From positions 43,400,001-43,464,000 of the forward strand of contig CM059428.1 of the NCBI GenBank assembly GCA_030390025.1: a stretch of 64,000 bases of DNA, in the 5' to 3' direction. The stretch comes from Squalus acanthias. Its lineage: Eukaryota. The notes beneath the pieces were generated by a model, which was not told the origin of the DNA, searched no databases, and worked only from the letters and a program-made list of their open reading frames with translations. The position numbers and the translations under genes are program-made. Shown in pieces: positions 21,250-33,628 of the stretch; position 1 is the stretch's first letter, and each line of letters begins with the position of its first letter.

Positions 21250-24200
21250 CAGGTCTTAATTTTGTGGTTATAGTTTCTAAGGTCTCTGTTGTGTAGCGGG
21301 GAGTGCTAGTAAACAAGGGCCCTTGATTATAACATTTAATTGTAGTGTAATTGGTGGTATTGATTTGATTTAATTTAATTTAAATTAATTAAAGGGTAAG
21401 TCATGGAAGCACAGCTCGGCCCCGTGGTATGCTCCTCCTGTGCTATGTGGGAAATCAGGGACACTTCCTGTGTCCCTGACGACCATGTGTGCAGGAAGTG
21501 TATCCAGCTGCAGCTACTGGCAGACCGCATTGCATACTGGAGCATTCGCGATGCTGAGGACGTCGTGGATATCACGTTTAATGAGTTGGTCACACCGCAG
21601 GTAAAGGCTGCACAGGCAGGAAGGGAATGGGTGACCGCCAGGCAGAGTAGTAGGCACAGGCAGGTAGTGCAGGGGTCCCCTGTGGCCATCCCCATCTCAA
21701 ACAGATATACCACTTTGGATATTGTTGAGGGGGATGGCTTATCGAGGGAAGGCAGCAGCAACCAACTTCCTGGCACCATGAGTGGTTCTGCTGCACAGGA
21801 GGGGAGGAAAAAGAGCGGGAGAGCTATAGTGATTCTATTGTAAGGGGAATAGATAGGCGTTTCTGCAGCCGCAAACGAGACTCCAGGATGGTAGGTTGCC
21901 TCCCTGGTGCAAAGGTCAAGGATGTCTCGGAGCGGCTGCAGGGCATTCTGGAGGGGGAGGGTGAACAGCCAGTTGTCGTGGTGCATTTAGGTACCAATGA
22001 TATAGGTAAAAAACGTGATGAGGTCTTAAACGCTGAATATAGGGAGTTAGGAGGTAAATTAAAAAATAGGACCTCAAAGGTAGTAATCTCAGGATTGCTA
22101 CCAGTGCCATGTACTAGTCAGAGTAGAAATAGAAGGATATTTCCGATGAATACGTGGCTAGAAGAATGGTGCAAGGGGGAGGGATTCAAATTCCTGGGAC
22201 TTTGGAACCGGTTCTGGGGGAGGTGGGACCAGTACAAACTGGACGGTTTGCACCTGGGCAGAACCGGGACCGATGTCCTAGGGGAAGTGTTTGCTAGTGC
22301 TGTTGGGGAGGGTTTAAACTAAAAAGCAGGGGGTTGGGAACCTGTGCAGGGAGACAGAGGAAAGGGAATCAAGGATAGAAACAAAAGACAGGAAGGAGAA
22401 AAGCAAAAGTGGAAGGCAGAGAAATCAAGGGTGTAAATCAAACATGGCCACAGTAAACAGTAATTCTAAATGGTCTAAGAGTGTTAAAAAAAACAAGCCT
22501 GAAGGCTCTGTGTCTTAATGCGAGGAGCATTCGTAATAAGGTGGATGAATTAGCTGTGCAAATAGATGTAAACGGATATGATATAATTGGGATTACAGAG
22601 ACATGGCTCCAGGGTGACCAAGGCTGGGAATTCAACATCCAGGGGTATTCAATATTCAGGAAGGACAGGCAAAAAGGAAAAGGAGGTGGGGTAGCATTGC
22701 TGGTTAAAGAGGAGATTAACACAATAGTAAGGAAGGATATTAGCTCTGATAATGTGGAATCTGTATGGGTAGAGCTGAAAAATACCATGGGGCAGAAATG
22801 TTAGTGGGAGTTGTATACAGGCCCCCCAACAGTAATGCTAAGGTTGGGGATAGCATTAAATGGGAAATTAGAGATGCGTGCAATAAGGGTACAGCAGTTA
22901 TCATGGGTGACTTTAATCTGCATATTGATTGGGCTAATCAAATTAGTAACAATACTGTGGAGGAGGAATTCTTAGCGTGCATACGAGATGGTTTCCTGGA
23001 CCAATATGTCGAGGAACCAACTAGAGATCAGGCCATCTTAGACTGGGTATTATGTAATGAGAAAGGATTAATTAGCAATCTTGTTGTGCGAGGCCCTTTG
23101 GGGAGGAGCGATCATAATATGATAGAATTCTTCATTAAGATGGAGAGTGAAGTAGTTGACTCAGAGACTAGGGTCCTGAATTTAAATAAAGGAAACTATG
23201 ATGGCATGAGGCGCGAGTTGGCTAGGGTGGATTGGGGAATGTTACTTAAAGGGTTGACAGTGGATTGGCAATGGCAAACATTTAAAGATCACATGGATGA
23301 ACTACAGAATTTGTTCATCCCTGTTTGGCATAAAAATAAAACAAAAAAGGTGACTCAACCGTGGCTAACAAGGGAAATTAGGGATAGCATAAGATCCAAG
23401 GGGAGGACATACACATTGGCCTGAAAAAGCAGCAAACCTGAGGATTGGGAGCAGTTTAGGATTCAGCAAAGGAGGACAAAGGGATTAATTAAGAGGGGGA
23501 AAATAGAGTATGAGAGTAAGCTTTCAGGGAACATAAAAACTGACTGTAAAAGCTTCTATAGATATGTGAAGAGAAAATGATTGGTGAAGTCAAGCGTAGG
23601 TCCCTTGCAGTCAGAATCAGGGGAATTTATAATGGGGAACAAAGAAATGGCAGACCAATTAAATACATACTTTGGTTCTGTCTTCACAAAGGAGGACACA
23701 AATAACCTCCCAGAGATGTCGGGGAACATAGGGTCTAATGAAAGGGAGGAACTGAATGAAATCAGTATTTGTAGGGAAATGGTGTTCGGGAAATTGACGA
23801 GATTGAAGGCCGATAAATCCCCAGGGCCTGATAATCTACATTCTAGGGTACTTAAGGAAGTGGCCCTAGAAATAGTAGATGCATTGCTGGTCATCTTCCA
23901 AAATTCTATAGACTCTGGAACAGTTCCCATGGATTGGAGAGTAGCTAATGTTACCCCACTATTTAAAAAAGGTGGGAGAGAGAAAACGCGGAATTATAGA
24001 CTGGTAAGCCTGACATTGGTAGTGGGAAAAATGCTAGAGTCCATTGTAAAAGATGTAATAGCAGAGCACTTGGAAAACAGTGACAGGATCGGACAAAGTC
24101 AACATGGATTTACAAAAGGTAAATCATGCTTGACTAATCTACTGGAATTTTTTGAGGATGTAACTGGTAGAATAGATAAGGGAGAACCAGTGGATGTGGT

Positions 24201-25397
24201 GTATTTGGACTTTCAGAAGGCTTTCGATAAGGTCCCGCATAAGAGATTAGCGTGCAAAGTTAAAGCACATGGGATTGGGGGTAAGGTACTGACTTGGATA
24301 GAAAACTGGTTGGCAGACAGGAAGCAAAGAGTTGGAATAAACGGGTCTTTTTCCGAGTGGCAGGCAGTGACTAGTGGGGTACCGCAGGGATCGGTGCTAG
24401 GACCCCAGTTATTCACAATATATATAAATGATCTAGACGAGGGAACTAGATGTAATATCTCCAAGTTTGCAGACGACACAAAGCTGGGTGGGCGTGTGTG
24501 CTGTGAGGAGGATGCAGAGAAACTCCAGTATGATTTGGACAGGTTGGGTGATTGGGCAGATGCATAGCAGATGCAGTATAATGTGGATAAATGCAAGGTT
24601 ATCCACTTTGGTGGCAAAAACAGGAAGGCAGATTATTATCTGAATGGCAATAGATTGGGAAAAGGGGAAGTGTAACGAGACCTGGATGTCCTTGTGCATC
24701 AGTCGCTGAAGGTAAGCATGCAGGTGCAGCAGGCGGTTAAGAAGGCAAATGGTATGTTGACCTTCATAGAGAGAGGATTCAAGTACAGGAGCAAGGATGT
24801 CTTGCTGCAGTTGTACAGGGCCTTGGTGAGACCACACCTTGAGTATTGTGTGCAGTTTTGGTCACCTTATCTGAGGAAGGATGTTCTTGCCATGGAGGGA
24901 GTGCAGCGAAGATTCACCAGACTGATACCTGGGATGGCAGGAATGACGTATGAAGAGAGATTGGGTCCATTGGACTTGTATTCGCTAGAGTTTAGAAGAA
25001 TGAGAGGGGATCTCATTGAAACTTATAAAATTCTAACAGGACTAGACAGACTAGATGCAGGAAGGATGTTCCCGATGGCGGGGGAGTCCAGAACCAGGGG
25101 TCACACTCTAAAGATAAGGGGTAAGCCATTTAGGACTGCGATGAGGAGGAATTTCTTCACCCAGAGAGTGGTGAACCTGTGGAATTCTCTAGCACAGAAG
25201 ACAGTTGAGTCCAATTCATTAAATATATTCAAGAAGGAGTTAGATATATTTCTTAAGGCTGAGGGGATCAAGGGATATGGGGAGAAAGCAGGGACAGGGT
25301 ACTGAATTTGGATGATCAGCCATGATCGCATTGAATGGCGGAGCAGGCTCGAGGGGCCGAATGGCCTACTCCTGCTCCTATCTTCTATGTTTCTATG
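21250..25397 (+). mobile_element. Near full-length CR1 LINE (ORF1 zinc finger/esterase; ORF2 APE-RT), disabled by stops and frameshifts
   Basis: ORFs 21403..21843 (CSSC..CRKC), 21888..22322, 22481..23424 (APE), 23581..24567 (RT, KFADDTK), 24694..25305; tail tctatgtttctatg. Confidence 0.95.
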
Positions 25398-25669
25398 AGA
25401 TCGGGTGTTGTTTTTTTTTTACTGTATTTCTTAAATTAATCCAGCATTAAATGCACTGGCGTGGAATTTGCTCTCAGCGGCGCTCGCCGTTCATTACACT
25501 TGCAGCTGCCCACAAACTTTTCGTGGGCTTTTGAGTGGCAACTTACGGTCATCGGGTGTCTGAAACAGCACGGCGCCCTCTACAGGAGATGTGGGGCGTG
25601 TGTGAACAGGTCAAGCAACATCGTGTCTCCTCAACCAATCAGATTGAAGAATCCTCACTGAGACACGCA

Positions 25670-26469
25670 GGGCTGGATTTTGATACTGGGGTCGTGATGG
25701 GGTCGGGAATCCCACTTTTTGGGTTGTAGTCCCGCCTCCATCGACTTTTGGCCAACCCACTGTATTTTCCCTTGATTGACCTTGTTGAGCCCGCCCAGTG
25801 AGCTCAGCAGGCCAATTAAGGGCCACCCGGCAACAGGTGACGTCACAGATTGACGTTTCATCTGTCAAGAGCTTTTGAAGCTGTCAAACACTGACAAATT
25901 GTCTTCTAACTTGAGTCCTTCCTCTCAGGCTGAGTTAGAAATCATTCCAGCACAGAAAACAGTGGCTGAAACTTTTGACAGCACCACGGCCTTTCTGCTT
26001 TCTGTGCCGGTGAGATTTCTGACTCCCGAGAACTGAAGGGCTGACACCTGCAGGAGGAAGTTAAGGTAAGTAAAACATTTTTCCACACTTTACACTTACC
26101 TTACACACTTACCTCTGCACACATGCACCCATCACTCACCTGCCCACCGGACATATCGACCCCTCCAACCCCTGCAGACCCACGGTCCGCCTCGCTAACT
26201 TGGTGTGGTTCGCACCTGTCGGGAAGCGCACATTTCAGCCTTCAAAATAGGGATTGAGCAAAAAACTGCCTGTTAACTACCTCTTAACAGTCAGTTAATT
26301 GTCACTAATCCCCTTCCCGCCTCGGGGAGTCGGGTCCCAGCACAGGTCGGGTATCCGCCGCCAGCGAAACTGGCATGGAGGCGGGATGGGGTCGGGACCC
26401 CTGAATCTGCAACTTTAACCCCCCACGCGCCTCCAAACCCGACTCCATGGGTCAATGAAAATCCAGCCC
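25670..26469. mobile_element. Non-autonomous Harbinger-type MITE nested in another repeat
   Basis: TIRs GGGCTGGATTTT / AAAATCCAGCCC; 3-bp TSD GCA (25667-25669, 26470-26472). Confidence 0.85.
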
Positions 26470-27004
26470 GCAGAGTCTAAACCAGGAAGTGTAAGTTAGA
26501 ATATTTAATTCAATGTAAAATTATGCACAGCAAGCAAAATAAAGAGGGGGGAAAAGGATGGGATTAAGAGAGAGATAAAAGAGACAGAAATAAAAAGTAA
26601 AAAAAATGTAATTTAAATTTTTTTTTAAATCTCCAACAATAATTAAAATCTGAAAGAATGAGACTCCATACTTGTAAACATAAATTTTCAGGTGCAGAGT
26701 GGTTGTTTGGCAGTAATTAAGACTTATTATGCTGTTAAAAATTAACTTACACCTGAATGCACCAGCCCTAACACTTACTGGTGTATTTAGTGGGTTAGTA
26801 GTGCAACTTCACGCCATTCATTGTTTGAATGCCGAATCTCTCAGTGAGGTGCCAGTGTAGCGAAGCTTGTGGAGGAGCAGGGCAAATCAGACAGCAACTT
26901 CAGGATTTCTGTGTTTAATTGCGCATGTGCGGAGGCTGGAAGTTGCTATCCAATTTACTCTATAACGGTGAGCGCTAATAGCCTCACCTTTATTCTTACC
27001 ACAA

Positions 27005-27949
27005 TGCGGAAGCAGCATGCTATAGACAGGGCTAAGCAATCCCACAATCAATGGATCAGATCAAAGCTCTACAGTCCTACCACATCTAGTCGTGAATGGT
27101 GGTGGACCATTAAACAACTAACGGGAGGAGGAGGCCCCATGAATATCCGCATCCTCAATGATGGTGGAGCCCAGCACGTGAGTGCAAAAGACAAGGCTGA
27201 AGCGTTTGCAACCATCTTCAGCCAGAAGTGCCGAGTGGATGATCCATATCGGCCTCCTCCTGAGGTCCCCACCATCACAGAAGCCAGTCTTCAGCCAATT
27301 CGATTCACTCCACGTGATATCAAGGAACGGCTCAGCGCACTGGATACAGCAAAGGCTATGGGCCCCGACAACTTCCCGGCTATTGTGCTGAAGACTTGTG
27401 CTCCAGAATTAGCCGTGCCTCTAGCCAAGCTGTTGCAGTACAGCTACAACACTGGCATCTATTCGACAATGTGGAATACTGCCCAGGTATGTCCTGTTCA
27501 CAAAAAGCAGGACAAATCCAATCCGGCCAATTACCGCCCCATCAGTCTACTCTCAATCATCAGCAAAGTGATGGAAGGTGTCATCGACATTGCTATCAAG
27601 CGGCACTTATTCACCAATAACCTGCTCACTGATGCCCAGTTTGGGTTTCGCCAAGACCACTCTGCTCCCGACCTCATTACAGCCTTGGTCCAAACATGGA
27701 CAAAAGGAGCTGAATTCCAGAGGTGAGGTGAGAGTGACTGCCCTTGACATCAAGGCAGCATTTGACTGAGTGTGGCATGAAGGAGCCCTAGTTAAATTGA
27801 AGTCAATGGGAATCGGGGGGGAAAACTCTCCACTGGCTGGAGTCATACCTAGCACAAAGGAAGATGGCTGTGGTGATTGAAGGTCAATCATCACAGCCCC
27901 AGGACATCGCTGCAGGAGTTCCTCAGGGCAGTGTCCTAGGCCCAACCAT
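27005..27949 (+). mobile_element. LINE RT fragment (host element, split; continues at 33011)
   Basis: [38 protein letters not shown]; the frame resumes as IFSCFINDL at 33011. Confidence 0.88.
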
Positions 27950-28008
27950 AAGAACATAAGAAATAGGAGCAGGAGTCGGCCATTCGGCCCTTCGAGCCTG
28001 CTCCGCCA

Positions 28009-28527
28009 TGTCGAAGTTTGACTTCCGATTAAAGACTCTTGTAAACAATATCGTCAAAGAAGGCTTTTTATTATATTTTACTTGCAAGGAGACTGCAACC
28101 ATAGCCCAATTAGCTATGATGACAGACTGCCGAATCACAGAAAATGGAGTATTCTTATACAGTATAATATCACATGACATGTTGTTTAAGGTAAGCTAAG
28201 TTAACAATTTGAAAAACACATTAGACATGCCTTACAATGAGACTAGCTAATCTCTATAAAATGGAGTCTATCTATTTTACTTCTCGCACCAAGGCCAAGG
28301 CGACTGGTTTGTTTACTTTACTAGCCCTTGGTTATCTCAATATTAAGCCTGTTTTCTTTTGTGCAGGCAGTCTTTTGCTGACAGCATAGTCTAAGAATTT
28401 AAAGTTATTTTCAGAAAAGAACATAACAATGGATTTTTTCCCTTTTCCACACAAGTCAGAGTTGGCCATTTTATTAGTTTAAATTCAAGGACACCATTTT
28501 GTCCGAGACAAAAACTGCACTTCCACA
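28009..28527. mobile_element. Solo LTR (519 bp)
   Basis: TG...CA termini with short IR TGTCGAAGT / ACTTCCACA and 4-bp TSD GCCA, interrupting the CR1 3' UTR. Confidence 0.8.
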
Positions 28528-30316
28528 GCCATTCAATGAGATCATGGCTGATCTTCTGCCTCAACTCCATTCACCGGCGCTAACGCCATATCCCTTGATG
28601 CCCTTACTAGTCAGAAATTTATCGACTTCTGTTTTGAATATACCCAATGACTAAGCCTCCACAGCGCTCTGGGGTAGAGAATTCCAAAGATTCACCACCC
28701 TCTGTGTGAAGAAATGTCTTCTCATCTCAGTCCTGAATGGCCTGCCCTTTATCTTAAGGCTGTGGCTCCTGGTTCTAGACTCCCCAGCCAAGGGAAACAT
28801 TCTCCCAGCATCTACCCTATCAAGCCCTGTAATAATTTTGTATGCTTCAATGAGATCCCCTCTCATTCTTCTGAATTCAAGAGAATACAGGCCTAGTTTA
28901 CTCAATCTCTTCTCATGCGACAGTCCCGCCATCCCAGGAATCAATCTCGTGAACCTTTGTTGCACTCCCTCTATGGCAAGTATATCCTTCCTTAGGTAAG
29001 GAGACCAAAATTGTACACAGTACTCCAGGTGTGGTCTCAGCAAGGCCCTATATAATTGGAGTTAGACTTCTTTACTCTTGTACTCAAATCCTCTTGTAAT
29101 GAAGACCAGCATACCATTTGTCTTCCTAATGGCTTGCTGCACCTGCACAGTCACTTTCAGTGACTCACGTATAAGGACACACAGGTCCCTTTTGAGCATC
29201 TGCATTCCCCAATCTTTCACCATTTAGGAAATACTCTGCCTTTCTGTTTTTTCTACCAAAGTGGATAACTTCACATTTATCCACATTATATTCCATCTGC
29301 CATATTCTCACCCACTCACTGAGCCTGTCGAGATCCCCTTGAAGCCTCTTCACATCCTCTTCACAACTGACACTGCCACCTAGCTTTGTATCATCAGCAA
29401 ATTTGGAAATGTGACATTTAGTCCCCTCATCCAAATCATTGATATAGATTGTGAAGAGCTGGGGCCCAAGCACCGATCCTTGCGGTACCCCACTAGTCAC
29501 TGCCTGCCATCCTGAAAAAGACCCGTTTATCCCTACTCTTTGTTTTCTGTCTGTTAACCAATTCTCAATCCATGCTCATATATTACCCCCAATTCCATGT
29601 GCCCTAATTTTGTTCACCAACCCCTTGTGTCGGACTTTATCGAAGGCCTTCTGAAAATCCAAATACACCACATCTACCGGTTCCCCTTTGTCTACTCCAC
29701 TAGTTACATCCTCAAAGAACTCCAATAGGTTTGTTAAACAGGATTTCCCTTTCATAAATCCATGTTGACTCTGCCCAATTAGTTTCTAAGTGCCCAGTTA
29801 TTGCATCCTTTATAATAGATTCCAGCATTTTCTCAACTACTGATGTGAGGCTAACAGGTCTGTAATTCCCCGTTTTCTCTCTCCCTCCTTTCTTAAATAG
29901 CGGGGTTACATTTGCTATCCTCCAATCTTCAGGAACCGTTCCAGAATCTATAGAATTTTGGAAGATGACAACCAATGCGTCCACTATCCCGATGGCCACC
30001 TCTTTCAAAACCCTAGGATGTAGGTCATCTAGTCCTTGGGATTTATCGACTTTTAGTCCCATTAATTTTGCTAGTACTGTTTTTTTACTAATAATAATTT
30101 CTTTATGTTCCTCATTCTCGCCACACCCTTGGTTTTCTCGTATTTCTGAGAGGTTTTTTGTGTCTTCCTCCGTGAAGACAGAAACAAAGTATTTATTTAA
30201 TTTCTCTGCCATTTCCTCATTGCCCATTATAAATTCTCCCGTCTCTGACTGTAAAGGACTTACAATTACCTTCGCCAGTCTTTTCCTTTTCACATACCTA
30301 TAGAAGCTTTTACAAT

Positions 30317-31077
30317 GGCCCAGAAATTAAACAGTGAGGGTTCCCGCGGGGGTAAGGATTCCCCGCGATATCGCACTCCGCGCCTACCTTTTTGCTCCGG
30401 GCCCACACGAACTTTAGTTTCAAAGGCTCTCTCTGTTGGAACCGTGCAGTGCTTGCGTGACCCAGAGGCGCAATTAGTTAGTGCGAGCTCTATGATCACG
30501 TGATTCAGTTAGAGCCAAAGGCAGCACACCATCTTTCATTCATAGTTTTGATGGCAAGAGCTGTCAAAGCTATGAATACTACAAACCCCCAAAAGAACAG
30601 CTAAACCTCAATTAAATTTAAAAAAAGCCATCACATTAATAAAATAAGTATAGTTAAATAAATTAACCACTTTAAACAAAAAATTAATTTTTTGAAAAAA
30701 TTTAAAATCTTTTTAAAAGTTATAAAAATAAACTTACCTTTCTTTAAAGTCTCGAAAAAAGATAATCCTGTTGAAAAAATTTAAAATAACACTTAATTAA
30801 CTACTTACCTTGTTAAAAGGGGGTCCTACGCCTGCTTTCTTTATGTGTAAAATCTTCACCACTTACCTGCGCGTTCAAAGCTGAAAAAAAACTAAGTGCA
30901 CTTCGTGCGCACAGCCTGTGGTGCGCACGCGGTTCTCTTAGGAACCGCCCCCTTTTCAATTCACGAAGTGCCGGTTTCCCGCACATGCGCAGTGCATGCA
31001 GGAAACCAGCAATTCGGGATCTAATACGCGAGCGTACACAATGCGTACTCTCGCGTATTAGGTTTAATTTTCGGGCC
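30317..31077. mobile_element. Non-autonomous Harbinger-type MITE inside CR1
   Basis: TIRs GGCCCAGAAATTAAAC / GTTTAATTTTCGGGCC; TSD AAT; related to 61794-62557. Confidence 0.85.
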
Positions 31078-33010
31078 AATCTGTTTTTTCGCTAGTTTGT
31101 GCTCATAATCCATTTTCCCTTTCTTTATCAATTTCTTGGTCCCCCTTTGCTGATTTCTAAAAAGATCCCAATCCTCAGGCTGACTGCTTTTTCTGGCAAC
31201 TTTATAAGCTTCCTCCTTTGACTTAATACTAGCTTTAATTTCTTTTGTTAGCCATGGTTGGATCACTTTTCCTTTTGGGTTTTTATGCCTGAGAGGAATA
31301 TATGTTTGTTGCAAATTATGCATTATTTTCTTGAATGTTAGCCATTGTATGTCCACCTTCATACCTTTTAGTGTAGTCTCCCAATCTACCATGGCCAACT
31401 TGTCCCTCATACCCTTGTAGTTTCCTCTGTTTAGATTGACGACCTTAGTTTCAGATTAGACTACATCACTCTCAAAATTAATGTAAAATTCAATCATATT
31501 ATGGTCACTTGTCCCGAAAGGCCCCTTTACCACAAGATTATTGATTAGCCCTTTCTCATTACACAGTACCAGATCCAGAATAGCCTGTTCCCTGGTTGGT
31601 TCCTCTACATACTGATCCAGGAAACCATCTCGCATGTATTCCAAGAATTCGTCCCCCACACCATTAGTGGTAATTTGATTTGCCCAGTCCATATGTAGAT
31701 TAAAGTCCCCCATGATTACCGTATTGCCCTTGTTACATGCACTTCTAATTTCTGGATCGATACTGTGCCCTACATTACCACTACTGTTTGGTGGCCTATA
31801 CACAACTCCCACCAATGTTTTCCGCTCTTTGCTGTTTCTTAGCTCCACCCAAACTGAATCCAGTTCTACATCACGATCTGCCGAGCCAAGATCTTTTATC
31901 TCTACCGTACCGATCTCATCCCTTATTAACAGCGCTATGCCACCTCCTTTTCCTTTTTGTCTGTCCTTCCTAAATGTTGAGTACCCTGGAACATTCAGTT
32001 CCCAGCTTTGGTTACCCTGCAGCCATGTCTCTGTAATGGCAATGACATCATATCCATTTACTTCTATTAGTGTCATTAATTTCATCCACCTTGTTGCGAA
32101 TGCTACGTGCATTTAGATAAAGTGCCTTCAACTTTGCCTGTTTAATATTTTTCTGCACTTTGACCCTCTTTACTATTGGCCTTTGTTTCTGCTCCCTACT
32201 AGTTTTGCTGACTACTTTTCTAACTTGCACTTCCAGCTTTGTTTCTCTCCATTCTGGGCCCACACTTAGGTTCCCAGCCCCCTGACAAACTAGTTTAAAT
32301 CATTCCCAACAGCACTAGCAAACCCCCCTGCGAGGATATTGGTCCCGGTTCTGCCGAGGTGTAACCCGTCCAGCTTGTACAAGTCCCGCCTTCCCCAGAA
32401 TCAGTCCCAATGCCTCAGGAATTTAAATCACTCCCTCCCACACCATCTCTCCAGCATGCATTCATCTGGTCTATTCTCCTATTTCTGCTCTCGCTAGCAC
32501 GTGGCCCTGGGAGTAATCCTGAGATTACTACCTTTGAGGTCCTGCTTTTTAATTTATTTCCTAGCTCCCTATATTCTGCTTGCAGGACCTCATCCCTCTT
32601 TCTACCTATGTCGTTGGTACCGATATGGACCATGACCTCTGGCTGTTCACCATCCCCCTTCAGAATGTCCTGCAGGCGCTCAGTGACATCCTTGACCCTG
32701 GCACCAGGGAGACAACATACCATCCTGGAGTCACATCTGCGGCCACAGAAACGTCTATCTGTTCCCCTTACAATAGAATCCCCTATCACTATTGCTCTCC
32801 CACTCTTTTCCTCCCCTCCTGTGCAGCTGAGCCACTCGTAGTGCCACCGACTTGGCTCTTCTGCATTCCCCTGAGAAACCATCTCCCCCAGCAGTATCCA
32901 AAACGGAAAATCTGTTGGAGAGGGAGATGGACCCAGGGGACTCCTGCACTACTTTCCTACTTCTTTTACTCAGTCTGGCAAGGACAGCATTTATTGCCCA
33001 TCCCTAACTG

Positions 33011-33628
33011 CCATCTTCAGCTGCTTCATCAATGACCTTCCCTCCAACATAAGGTCAGAAGTGGGGATGTTCGCTGATGACTGCACAGTGTACAGTGCCA
33101 TTCACAACTCCTCAGATAATGAAGCAATTCATGCCTGCATGCAACATGACCTAGACGACGTTCAGGCTTTGGCTGATAAGTGGCAGGTAACATTCGCACC
33201 ACGGAAGTGCCAGGCAATGACTATCTCCAAGAAGCGAGAATCTAACCACCGCCCCTTGACATTCAATGGCATTACCATCGCTGAATCCCCCACCATCAAC
33301 ATCCTGGGGGTCACCATTGACCAGAAACTTAACTGGTCCAGCCACATAAATACTGTGACAACAAGAGCAGGTCAGAGGCTAGGTATTCTGCGGCATGTGT
33401 CTCACCTCCTGACTCCCCAAAGCCTTTCTACCATCTACAAGGAGTGTGATGGAATACTCTCCACTTGCCTGGATGAGTGCAGCTCCAACAACACTCAAGA
33501 AGCTCGACACCATCCAGGACAAACAGCCCGCTTGATTGGCACCCCATCCACCACCTTAAACAGTCACTCCCTCCACCACCGGCGTACCGTGGCTGCAGTG
33601 TGTACCATCTACAAGATGCACTGCAAAT
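33011..33628 (+). mobile_element. LINE RT C-terminal fragment (3' half of the element starting at ~27005)
   Basis: ORF 33061..33633 contains MFADD. Confidence 0.88.

Larger units (their letters stand above)
27950..32975 (-). mobile_element. CR1 LINE (ORF1 remnant to 3' tail), degenerate, hosting a solo LTR and a MITE
   Basis: Tail cataagaacataagaa at 27948; ORFs 28651..29043, 29165..29500, 29712..30293, 31456..32112, 32415..32882. Confidence 0.93.
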
